From: Pasteurella multocida
GTDB lineage: Bacteria; Pseudomonadota; Gammaproteobacteria; Enterobacterales; Pasteurellaceae
Direction of reading: 5' to 3'
NCBI RefSeq assembly: GCF_900187275.1
Contig: NZ_LT906458.1
Location: forward strand, 1,620,001-1,652,000
DNA: 32,000 nucleotides
Shown: positions 8,120 through 16,152 of the stretch, piece after piece
How the letters are laid out: every line of letters starts with the position of its first letter
Numbering within the stretch: the stretch's first letter is position 1
The notes under the pieces: model-generated
What the model was told of the DNA's origin: nothing
Seen by the model: the letters and a program-made list of their open reading frames with translations, nothing else
The model's database searches: none
Translations under genes and position numbers: made by a program

Positions 8120-8730
8120 AGGATAATAAAGAAGAAGAAAGGAAGGGTAAGGAGGTAGCTTTTACACTCAACATTTCGGATTGAGGTCAGTTTTATCGTT
8201 TAGGCTACCCCACGATTGCGGTGTATTTTACACAAAATAAGATCTAAAACAAGGATATAGATCACATTTTTGATGGGTCATATAGGGCTGTATAGGGTCA
8301 AAACTCAGTTTTTCAATACGAGACAGCAAGGAAACTAAATGACTTCACAGACAGATTTCTGTTATTAAACAATCTATAAATATAGACCGTAGTCCTTATT
8401 AGGAGTTCCAAGCATTGCTTAATATTTACCCCTTTGAACTAATCATAATGTGGCTAAAGTAAGATTTTGGAATAAAGAAAAAAAGCCAGCAATTTCTGAA
8501 AACCCATCCGCTTCAATTGCATTGGGATCTTACATCAGATGCTGACCTTTCTAGGAAGAATATTAAAACCGAAACCGATCTAAGTCAATACATTCAACCT
8601 GCACCCAACATTGGTGGATGTAAATATCCTCAATAGTATTATGTAGCATAATCTCCCTCATTTTTCATAAATCCACCGCCACGATTTTTATCAAGAAAAA
8701 AAGCAATGTGTATATATAAGCAAAAAACTA

Positions 8731-8954
8731 TAGGACCAATAGGACCATAGGACCAATTCAGGATTGGCGCGGGTTGAAGGCTTGTTTTTTGGTCCTATTC
8801 CATTTTTAAAAATAGGACCAGTAGGACCAAAATAGGACCACTTTTTAAAATGGTCATTTTTTGAGCTTTAAAAAATAGGACCAGATTTTATTTATTTTTT
8901 ATATAAGTTATTGTTTTTTATCTATATATTATTTTCTGGTCCTATTGGTCCTAT
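8731..8954. repeat. iteron array with AT-rich core: putative island replication origin
   Basis: (A)TAGGACCA at 8731, 8740, 8748, 8812, 8822, 8832 and 8876. Inverted GGTCCTAT at 8791, 8938 and 8947. An AT-rich stretch spans 8885-8935. The array lies immediately downstream of the primase-helicase gene. Confidence 0.65.
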
Positions 8955-9092
8955 AAAAAAACTGTTATCTACACGAAAAAACTTTTTATCTAATTTTTTT
9001 AATTCTGCGTCCATTGCCTTGTGTAAAATAAATGCTACATATTTTACGAATTTTGGATATTCTCCTAATTAATATGCTACATATTAAGCAAT

Positions 9093-9116
9093 AAAAAAGA
9101 GGGCGCTTGCCCTCTT
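9093..9116 (-). terminator. Rho-independent terminator after the primase-helicase gene
   Basis: AAGAGGGC-GCTT-GCCCTCTT with an A-run on the plus strand, giving a T-run on the minus strand. Confidence 0.65.
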
Positions 9117-9132
9117 GTTTATACTGGATAGG

Positions 9133-11310
9133 TTATGTATTTTCTTCCTCCTCGCTTTCCACCAGCGTATAGAGTAAATAACATCTTGTGCGATCACCTT
9201 TTATTTGGCGTGGGAGTTTGATTGTAAATCCATACCCCTTTTCCTTTCCTCGCTTTAACATTCCTTTCTCGGCTAGGATTTGGCAAGCCTGCTTTTTAGG
9301 ATGTCCTTTTATTGCCTCGTCAAATGCCATTGGGTACAAATAAAAATACTCTTGTTCATCGCTCTTGCTATCAGGTATTACACGAAAGCCAGCGATATTG
9401 TTTACTTCTCTTTGCGTTGGATCTATTGGGTATCTAATAAAACGCCCCTCCGCATTTGCTAAAAGCCAGCCATTCACTTGCTCAATAACCTGTAATTCCT
9501 CACGGCTATGATAACCAAAGATATTTACCCACTCATTAAATGCTTTCGTTATCGCATTTTCACATTCGCCCACATCCCACCCCGTGAAGTCTAGGGAAAG
9601 TTTTAACGTCATTTCTAATATCGAAAAACGGCTCATTACACGCTTAACTTGTGAATGGCAATCATTCGGCAAGGTATTTAATCTATTCTCTAAAATGGCT
9701 CGATATAACGGCTCTATGGCGTTGTTATGGTGTAAATCAATAAGGTGCTTAATCCACTCACGCCCTATAACGCCATAATGCAATTTTGAGGCTTGGTTTA
9801 AATGGTCTGCGTGCGCCTTTCCGTCTTTGTGGTGGTGGAATTGAGTAGCCCTTTGTAGTGGAATATTCAACAATCGGACTAATTGCCCCACATTCGTTTT
9901 TATCCCCACGTTAGTTAAGTAAGTTTCTAAATCTATTTCCCCCGTAGAAAAAGCCACCGTGCGCCAGCGTGCTAAATCTCGGTTTCCTCCCTCTTTTGCG
10001 CCTTGTATCTTGCCTACACCATTAAATAGACTATAAGCAATGTCGCCAACGTGCTTGCGGTTGGTGCTTTGCCCTATCTCATCCAACGGCATAAAACCAT
10101 CATTGCGTGCTTGCGCCTCGTTGCTAATCCCTAGCGGTGTAGTTAGCCAACTTAAACGGATTTCATCAGGATGACCATAGATAGAACTTGCAATATTGGC
10201 GATGGTTGTTTTGCCTGTTGAGCTACCCCCAAAGATATGAACACCAAAGCTCTCCGCATTGATCAAATGAATAATAGGCGCACTTAACGCAACGGCTACA
10301 CCTAACATCATAAACGGATTACCGGCCACATTATTGGCGATTTCCTGTTGCCAGCTTTCAATGCTACCCCTTACCCCATAGCCTTTATTATTGGCGGACT
10401 GCCCCACAAAAAATACTGGCGTTTTAGGCTCTCCAATAACCTCGCCATTAGGGAGAATATATGCGCCTGATTGCCACCCTGTCGCATTTACTACGCGATA
10501 AAAGCCCTTTTGATAGTAGTCTTGTAAATAATCGGCTAAGTAAGGTCGTAAGCGTTGATTATTCGTGATATTTAAACCATTTTTACGCAATAACTGCCAG
10601 CCTGTACGCTCGCCCACATCTTTTAACGGCAACGCAAGCAATGTATTATTATCACTATTATGCGGTTTAAAACTAATCATGGTGTAATACTCTTCATCAC
10701 TTCGACCTTGTCCAACCACCTCTAATTCATCACTCAGCCAATCTTCACGCTCAATAATTTCCCCAGTATCCTTATCTAATTTTGGAGTAATGCGATATAA
10801 GCCACTTTTACCGCCTATTTTGCGCTTTTCTATGTAAGGTGACATATTATCCACCCAAACATTATTTTCCTTCTCTATGCCCTCCTGTGCGATTATTTCA
10901 GCCATACCGCTATCTTGTCTTACTCGCTTAATGTAACTGCTTAGATTTTCGGTTACTTCGCCAATACAATTACATAATGCCAATTGATCAACTTTAGAAT
11001 GTTTGGCAAGGTTAAGACAAAGTGCGGTAATTTGCGCCTGTGAAAGCTCACCGCATTGAATCAGCCTTACAGCTCTCTGCGCTGGTGGAACAATTGCTAA
11101 CCGCTCTAGCTCGTTTAATTGTTTTACGTCAAGGATAATCGGCTTTTGTGTGGCGTTATGCTGTAATGCTTGGCAAAGTAAGAGCCATCCCTCGCCCTTA
11201 CCTTTACCCCACCATTCCCACGCTTGACTGCCTGCTAGCACAATTAAATCACTAAATGGCTCATTGGGTTGTTCTTTAAGGTGCGGTGCTTGGATCATTT
11301 TTTTACTCAT
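9133..11310 (-). CDS. DUF927/P4-alpha-like primase-helicase (replication initiator)
   Basis: Walker A FGGSSTGKTT and Walker B-like MPLDEIGQ. The central block VNATGWQSGAYILPNGEVIG is typical of DUF927 proteins. ATG 11310 is preceded by GGGGGCGGAA; the track start at 11337 is less likely. Confidence 0.75.
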   Translation of the reverse strand: MSKKMIQAPHLKEQPNEPFSDLIVLAGSQAWEWWGKGKGEGWLLLCQALQHNATQKPIILDVKQLNELERLAIVPPAQRAVRLIQCGELSQAQITALCLNLAKHSKVDQLALCNCIGEVTENLSSYIKRVRQDSGMAEIIAQEGIEKENNVWVDNMSPYIEKRKIGGKSGLYRITPKLDKDTGEIIEREDWLSDELEVVGQGRSDEEYYTMISFKPHNSDNNTLLALPLKDVGERTGWQLLRKNGLNITNNQRLRPYLADYLQDYYQKGFYRVVNATGWQSGAYILPNGEVIGEPKTPVFFVGQSANNKGYGVRGSIESWQQEIANNVAGNPFMMLGVAVALSAPIIHLINAESFGVHIFGGSSTGKTTIANIASSIYGHPDEIRLSWLTTPLGISNEAQARNDGFMPLDEIGQSTNRKHVGDIAYSLFNGVGKIQGAKEGGNRDLARWRTVAFSTGEIDLETYLTNVGIKTNVGQLVRLLNIPLQRATQFHHHKDGKAHADHLNQASKLHYGVIGREWIKHLIDLHHNNAIEPLYRAILENRLNTLPNDCHSQVKRVMSRFSILEMTLKLSLDFTGWDVGECENAITKAFNEWVNIFGYHSREELQVIEQVNGWLLANAEGRFIRYPIDPTQREVNNIAGFRVIPDSKSDEQEYFYLYPMAFDEAIKGHPKKQACQILAEKGMLKRGKEKGYGFTIKLPRQIKGDRTRCYLLYTLVESEEEENT

Positions 11311-11737
11311 TTCCGCCCCCTTGTATCTCGTCCACATTAAAACTAACGCTATGTAATTTGCTAATTAAATATTTAGCACCACGCATAAAGGATTTAATCT
11401 GCCCCTTTTGTTCTTTACTTAACGTTTTTCCTTCTGCTAATTTTTCCACCACCAGCAAGCCTTTTGATAACCGTTCGGCTAAATCATCACATTCTTTGGC
11501 TAATTTAATCTTATGGTGATAGCAATCTGGAAATTCATTAAAACAACGTTGGTTACTGTCTTTTATCAGCTGAAATTGGCGGTTAATTTGCGTATATAGC
11601 ACACATAAGCCATTTCCTTTGCCTAAGGTGAGGGTTGGCTTTCTATCGTTCAAATAACCCTCTAATTTCGCTTTAAACGGCTTATTAGGTTCGGTGGTGG
11701 ATTTCGCTACTTTCATTTGAGTAATTGGATTCATCAT
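11303..11737 (-). CDS. hypothetical protein (144 aa), satellite core
   Basis: ORF with ATGA overlap to the upstream gene and an 8-nt overlap with the primase gene. No family recognised. Confidence 0.5.
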   Translation of the reverse strand: MMNPITQMKVAKSTTEPNKPFKAKLEGYLNDRKPTLTLGKGNGLCVLYTQINRQFQLIKDSNQRCFNEFPDCYHHKIKLAKECDDLAERLSKGLLVVEKLAEGKTLSKEQKGQIKSFMRGAKYLISKLHSVSFNVDEIQGGGNE

Positions 11738-12060
11738 TGATCACCTCCTAAACCGTCCGGATGACTAATTCTGATTTCAGAATACAAACCAGTGGTTTTT
11801 AAATAATCAGATACATCACAAGCTTGAGCATAGGTAGGATATTCGCCCACAAAAGCAATCTCGCCTTGTTTATCAAAAACAGTGATTTCATAAGGAGAAC
11901 GCTCTACTCTCAATGTTGAACTATAAACAAGCGGATCGTTATCCATTGCCTCACGTGCGATTTGTGCTGCCTCTTGGTATGTTTTCCCGGTGGCAATAAT
12001 GAATGGTTGACCTTCTACGGTTTCATCTTCTCGATAAGTGATTACGCTGTATTTACGCAT
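11734..12060 (-). CDS. hypothetical protein (108 aa), satellite core
   Basis: ATG preceded by GGAGGTGATTT. It is translationally coupled (ATGCGTAA junction) to the upstream ORF. Confidence 0.5.
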   Translation of the reverse strand: MRKYSVITYREDETVEGQPFIIATGKTYQEAAQIAREAMDNDPLVYSSTLRVERSPYEITVFDKQGEIAFVGEYPTYAQACDVSDYLKTTGLYSEIRISHPDGLGGDQ

Positions 12061-12448
12061 AAATCACCTCCATAGCAGGAGCAAAAGCAATAGGTGTGCG
12101 TGAACGAACCGCTAAAAGTGCGGTAGATTTTTGACTAGTTTTCATTGTGGGATTTCTCAATAGTTTAGTAAAAGGAGTACCGCACTTAGTAGGGTGCGAT
12201 ACGGTCTCAACTACCGCTATTGAACGGCTAACCTTATTCGTGCGCAAATGCGCCTTATTTCGGTTTATCAACCGTACCGCAAATTCGGTTAATGATAGGG
12301 TGTCAGTCAATGGCTGATACTCTAAAGAGTGAATTTGAGGTAAAAAAATACCGCTTGAATAACGCTTGCGGTTAGCGTCAATAGATGTAGTACCTTGAAT
12401 ACTACTAGCAATAACAGATCTTGACAATGCTTTTTTCACATTACGCAT
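12053..12448 (-). CDS. hypothetical basic protein (131 aa)
   Basis: ATG preceded by AAGGGGGTATTT, with an ATGCGTAA overlap to the Icd-like ORF. It contains a third copy of the R1 palindrome motif (12300-12321). Coding status is uncertain. Confidence 0.4.
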   Translation of the reverse strand: MRNVKKALSRSVIASSIQGTTSIDANRKRYSSGIFLPQIHSLEYQPLTDTLSLTEFAVRLINRNKAHLRTNKVSRSIAVVETVSHPTKCGTPFTKLLRNPTMKTSQKSTALLAVRSRTPIAFAPAMEVIYA

Positions 12449-12638
12449 AAATACCCCCTTTAACCTCTAAAGTGCGGTCATTTTTTGCGGTGTTTGGTAA
12501 GCGACCTAAGAGAATAAGAACATAATTACGCGCTAAATAGGCTCTCGCTTGGGTTTCGTTATCAGCTAATATGCGGATTTGTTCTGCTTTGGTTTGGTCG
12601 TAGTGTTGGCGTGATATGCCTAAGAATTGGTAAATCAT
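12441..12638 (-). CDS. Icd-like small protein (65 aa); the open frame extends upstream to 13037
   Basis: Internal ATG 12638 has GGAG 8 nt upstream. MIYQFLGISRQ...IRILADNETQARAYLARNYVLILLGRLP matches my recollection of the 'host cell division inhibitor Icd-like' pattern (..FL....R....R..A..E..AR..LA....L...GRLP). Confidence 0.45.
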   Translation of the reverse strand: MIYQFLGISRQHYDQTKAEQIRILADNETQARAYLARNYVLILLGRLPNTAKNDRTLEVKGGIYA

Positions 12639-13018
12639 TTGCGTAACTCCGTATGTAAAATTATTGAGAGTTACCGCTAAAAGTTTCCACGCTTTAGGGC
12701 GGTAACGTGCGACTGGGTGGAAAACTGCGACATACGGTACACAGCCAACGATTAAACGTTGCCAATCGCACGCTACCATTGAGAATAGATCCATTGCTGG
12801 ATTTATTTTAGGTGTGCGAACTTCACGAACAAAAAAAGCACGGTTAAATGGCGTGCTACTGTTCGCCGTATGTTTATTATTCGAGTTTCCACGCTCGGTT
12901 AGCGATTTTGCGCTAACGATTAAATAATGCCAAAACGCACCGCACTTTGTAAAGCGTTTTAGCTCACTTTTTTTAAATAAATCGGATTTTTTGAATAGCA
13001 TTTTGATATAATCCCTTT

Positions 13019-13075
13019 GCCTAGATATTGATTTCATTCCAAAGCCTCATTGAGTTAAACTCGGTGAGGTTTTTT
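13019..13075 (+). ncRNA. candidate ~57-nt antisense sRNA covering the start codon and RBS of the 13037 minus-strand ORF
   Basis: Extended -10 TGaTATAAT at 13004-13012. A plus-strand-specific terminator follows: CCTCATTGAG-TTAAA-CTCGGTGAGG plus TTTTTT (13045-13075). The two G-U pairs become A-C mismatches on the other strand. All neighbouring genes are on the minus strand. Confidence 0.35.
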
Positions 13076-13123
13076 GTTTCTTGCCGTAATCTTGCCGTTT
13101 TATCAGCCTATCTTTTATGTAAA

Positions 13124-13486
13124 TCACCGCCTTTTAAGCCATTTTGAGAACCTAATTTTTTGATTCAATCCAGCCAGTTCTGTTGCTGTTAAAATGTCAT
13201 GTTTTGCTGGTGGATCTTTCCTATCACTCATTAAATCTGTTCTCTCTGTTCTGCCCCTGTAATGTGGTAATAATTCCCCTTGTTTTGCCATTTCTGCCTT
13301 AAATTCCTCTATCATTTCAACAGTACGATAATCATTTAACAGCTCGCTTGCTCTTGCCCTGATAGTGTGCGGTTTCATTCGTGATAACTGGCTTTCACTT
13401 AATACCGTTTTTAAGGCGTGCGTAGCATTTCCTAATCTTGAATACGCTTTGGCAAACTCCTTTCTCACTTGATACCCATAGCCCAT
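13124..13486 (-). CDS. small-terminase-like HTH protein (120 aa)
   Basis: VRKEFAKAYSRLGNATHALKTV...IRARASELLNDYRTVEMIEEF resembles the N-terminal DNA-binding domain of the phage TerS (Terminase_2) consensus (F..Y...GNAT.A......A.A..LL....V...I). Confidence 0.45.
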   Translation of the reverse strand: MGYGYQVRKEFAKAYSRLGNATHALKTVLSESQLSRMKPHTIRARASELLNDYRTVEMIEEFKAEMAKQGELLPHYRGRTERTDLMSDRKDPPAKHDILTATELAGLNQKIRFSKWLKRR

Positions 13487-13542
13487 TCCACCACCCTATA
13501 TACTTTATATGTTCAGTTTTCCCCTTGTATGTGTACCACTTT

Positions 13543-13905
13543 CCTCAATTTTGAGGTTTGTTTTAAAATCAACGACTTATAATTCCCTCAAATTGAGGTA
13601 AAGCCATACTCCCTCGCGCGCGCTCGTACTGGTCGCAAAATTGCCTTTTTTATGGACTCCAAGAATTCAGGGTATTCACCACTCCCTCGCTCGCACTGGA
13701 AAGGTTGCCGTAATGGTGCCGTCCCCTAATCTTCCTCACGCGCTTACTGAATTTAACTGGACCAATTTTGGTCTCGTTGAATATACTTCCTCGTATGTGT
13801 TTGTACTGGAATATCCCTTTTTTATGGACTCGCAAAATTCCCAAAACCACCATTGGTGGACTGGCTCAAAATTGAGCTGGTTTTCATCTCCTAAAATTTG
13901 AGGAG
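13543..13905. promoter_or_regulatory. palindrome- and repeat-rich intergenic region (operator array and/or packaging site)
   Basis: Four related dyads: CCTCAATTTTGAGG (13543-13556), CCTCAAATTGAGG (13586-13598), GCTCAAAATTGAGC (13864-13877) and CTCCTAAAATTTGAGGAG (13888-13905). GTACTGG...CCTTTTTTATGGACTC is duplicated (13626-13659 and 13803-13831). CCACCA-T-TGGTGG sits at 13847-13859. Confidence 0.5.
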
Positions 13906-13947
13906 ATTACCGCCAACTTGTGTTAGTTCAGTTGTGGTCACGAGCAT

Positions 13948-14223
13948 TCATTTTTTCTCAACCTCGCTTAGCCTTTTCTCTAACTTATTCAGCGTTTGCC
14001 TAGCCTTGAGTAATTGCCCCAATAAGAACTCCGTAGGGTATTGTTTATATTCCCGTTCAATTTCTAGCACCTTTTCTTTCTGCAGTTGGATGACCTCACT
14101 TAATGGATAGGGTTCGTTATCGTCATCAAGACTAAGAAAATAGTAGGTAGTCGCTCTCACCAAGTAATGTTGAACGGCATTAGGTAAGAGAAAACGCTTA
14201 GCTATCTTGTTCTTTATTTCCAT
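13948..14223 (-). CDS. hypothetical protein (91 aa from ATG 14223)
   Basis: ORF in the satellite operon. ATG 14223 is preferred over TTG 14235. No family recognised. Confidence 0.45.
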   Translation of the reverse strand: MEIKNKIAKRFLLPNAVQHYLVRATTYYFLSLDDDNEPYPLSEVIQLQKEKVLEIEREYKQYPTEFLLGQLLKARQTLNKLEKRLSEVEKK

Positions 14224-14384
14224 TTCTTTTCCCAATAAATTCGCTTTTCTTCTACGGTGAGATTGTGAAAGTGAGTAGCATATCCACCGTGCTTTAATGC
14301 GTTAAATCGGCTATGGCGATATGCTTTTTCCGTTTCGCAAATAGGCGTTTTATTTCGCACTTTTGGCGTTATCTGAACACTCAC
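14214..14384 (-). CDS. possible small ORF (56 aa, GTG start), below the ORF-track cutoff
   Basis: VSVQITPKVRNKTPICETEKAYRHSRFNALKHGGYATHFHNLTVEEKRIYWEKKWK*. Its stop overlaps the next gene's ATG (ATGGAAATAA). It fills an otherwise empty 180-nt gap in a tightly packed operon. Confidence 0.3.
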   Translation of the reverse strand: MSVQITPKVRNKTPICETEKAYRHSRFNALKHGGYATHFHNLTVEEKRIYWEKKWK

Positions 14385-14414
14385 AATCCACCACCAGCAA
14401 GGGTTTAACGGTTT

Positions 14415-14693
14415 TCACAATTCGCAATTTGTTTCGCAATTTATCTGTAATAATTGCGCTAATTTTTCTTGGATATTCTCCACGTCATAAATTAAGCAGT
14501 TAATACGCTCTAACGCCCACTCTAGATAGTCTTTATCGCTCATCCTGACGTTAGGCTCTCCCTCTGTTTTTATCGTTGGATAACCTTTATCTATGGCGAT
14601 TTCTAAACTCTCTTGGATATTGTTTAACTGCGCCAAAATATCTGCGTATGTAGGTTTATATTGGCTTTCTGCTGGTGGATTGGTATCAAGCAT
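14415..14693 (-). CDS. hypothetical protein (92 aa)
   Basis: ATGCTTGA overlap with the Rha gene stop. No family recognised. Confidence 0.5.
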   Translation of the reverse strand: MLDTNPPAESQYKPTYADILAQLNNIQESLEIAIDKGYPTIKTEGEPNVRMSDKDYLEWALERINCLIYDVENIQEKLAQLLQINCETNCEL

Positions 14694-15408
14694 TTAATGC
14701 CCCCTTTCTCAAATGGTGTAATGTGGTTTCCTGTAACTGTGCTTTGCGCTGGTGGTAGCCCATACCTAACTTAATCATTACGGCATTTTCAGAAAGCAAC
14801 TGATCAACTAATTGCAACTGATCAACGGTCAAGCATTGTCTTATTTCCACATCATCAGGATAGCCATTCTCCAGTAGCCACGATTTACGGCTATTCCCTA
14901 GTGCTACTACATAAACAAGGTTATTTTCTCGGCTGTATGCGTGAGGGTCATCTTTGCCTACTTGTTCTAAGCGGTACTTAATCGCCTCATTCATTCGTAG
15001 TTGATCAACTTTCATATTGGCGCGTGTCGCAAGGCGTTTTTTCATCTCGTTAAACTCTTTGATGTACTGCTCTTTAAATTGCATTGCTTTCTTGCCAGTA
15101 AAGCCCATCACTAACAACGTAAAACCATCTTGGGTCATTAAATACATTGGTCTTTTCTCACCTTTCTCATCGGTGTATTTAACCGCCTTAAAATTAAGGG
15201 CGTTAAATTCAGGCGAACAACCTAAGTTTTTTATAGTCGCTAGAAGATTATCGTGCCGTTTACCAAAGTAATGCGCTACTTTTAGGCTATCTGTCATCGC
15301 TACCGTTTCCTTGTGAAAGACTTTAGGAAATACTGCGCTATTTACCGCACTTTCTGCGCCTTGTAGCTCGTTTACTTGGTTTACTTGATTCTTGGTATTA
15401 ATCATCAT
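14686..15408 (-). CDS. Rha-family phage regulatory protein (antirepressor-like)
   Basis: TDSLKVAHYFGKRHDNLLATIKNL...YLMTQDGFTLLVMGFTGKKAMQFKEQYIKEFNEM matches the Phage_pRha signature. GAGGA lies upstream of the ATG. Confidence 0.75.
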   Translation of the reverse strand: MMINTKNQVNQVNELQGAESAVNSAVFPKVFHKETVAMTDSLKVAHYFGKRHDNLLATIKNLGCSPEFNALNFKAVKYTDEKGEKRPMYLMTQDGFTLLVMGFTGKKAMQFKEQYIKEFNEMKKRLATRANMKVDQLRMNEAIKYRLEQVGKDDPHAYSRENNLVYVVALGNSRKSWLLENGYPDDVEIRQCLTVDQLQLVDQLLSENAVMIKLGMGYHQRKAQLQETTLHHLRKGALNA

Positions 15409-15425
15409 TAAATCCTCGCTATGCG

Positions 15426-15848
15426 CTAAATATTGGCTTTTGGGCGTGATGGTTTTTGTACTATTCTTTCACCGTCCACCACCGCCAAAGGGTCAACATA
15501 ATTAAAGCGGTTCATTGCCTCGTTAATATCTGCCTGTGAGAGTGGCTTATAACCTCGTTGGCTTGCTTTCAGGTTGTAATACTTGGCTAACTTCTCGCAA
15601 TCTTTCGCACTTGCTACTCGGTAAGAGAGATAAACGCCACCGTATACCCCCTTGCGTTCCACTCGCACAAATGAAATATCGTTTTGCTCCTCGAGTTGAT
15701 TAATCTCATTACGCAAAGAACGGTTAAAACAGATTTTTTGTAATTCAAGTTCACTAACCTCACCCAATAGCACAGCTAAGCCAGCTACTTTTGGCTTACG
15801 TTCCATCAGTGGAAAGTTAAAACTCGCTAGATATTGATCACCTTCCAT
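15426..15848 (-). CDS. hypothetical protein (140 aa)
   Basis: ORF with AGGGGGAA upstream, immediately after alpA. No family recognised. Confidence 0.5.
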   Translation of the reverse strand: MEGDQYLASFNFPLMERKPKVAGLAVLLGEVSELELQKICFNRSLRNEINQLEEQNDISFVRVERKGVYGGVYLSYRVASAKDCEKLAKYYNLKASQRGYKPLSQADINEAMNRFNYVDPLAVVDGERIVQKPSRPKANI

Positions 15849-15857
15849 AATTCCCCC

Positions 15858-16055
15858 TTATGCGTTAGTGGATTGAATAAAGGCATTGACCTCATCAGCA
15901 CTAAAACGCACAGAACCACCAATTTTGATTTTTTTCAGTAAGCCCTGTTTTGCTAAGCGGTCAATTTTGGTGCGTGAGCCAATACCAAGTGCGGTTAGCT
16001 CGTTAATGGAATAGTATTTTTTGATTGGTGTTTGATTGGTTTGAGTCGTACTCAT
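15858..16055 (-). CDS. alpA: AlpA/excisionase-family HTH regulator (65 aa)
   Basis: YYSINELTALGIGSRTKIDRLAKQGLLKKIKIGGSVRFSADEVNAFI fits the HTH_17/AlpA pattern. It is the first gene of the long minus-strand operon downstream of int. Confidence 0.7.
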   Translation of the reverse strand: MSTTQTNQTPIKKYYSINELTALGIGSRTKIDRLAKQGLLKKIKIGGSVRFSADEVNAFIQSTNA

Positions 16056-16152
16056 AAATACCCCTTTTAATTTGGTTAATTAAAATTAAGCAAAGTATTT
16101 CGTTTTGCTTGGGAGTATTTTGCTGTGGGAATTTTAGTAAGCCTATCCAACG

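Noticed and set aside
8450-8636. Two short consecutive open frames (GTG 8450-8545, then +1 frame 8538-8636) that could be a frameshifted gene remnant between the Abi gene and the origin
   Set aside because: Each is only ~32 codons, with no SD and no recognisable family. Open frames of this length are expected by chance, so this is not supportable without a homology search.
8731-8954. Short, regularly spaced repeats that might suggest a CRISPR array (also 17127-17269)
   Set aside because: The repeat unit is only 8-9 bp, some copies are contiguous or inverted, there are no 25-40-bp repeats with unique spacers, and there are no cas genes. An iteron origin is the better reading.
13641-13901. Track ORFs 13641-13901 (+), 13650-13853 (-) and 13898-14110 (+)
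   Set aside because: They mutually overlap inside a repeat- and palindrome-rich spacer or run antisense to an operon gene. They have no SD or plausible start context and give low-complexity products.
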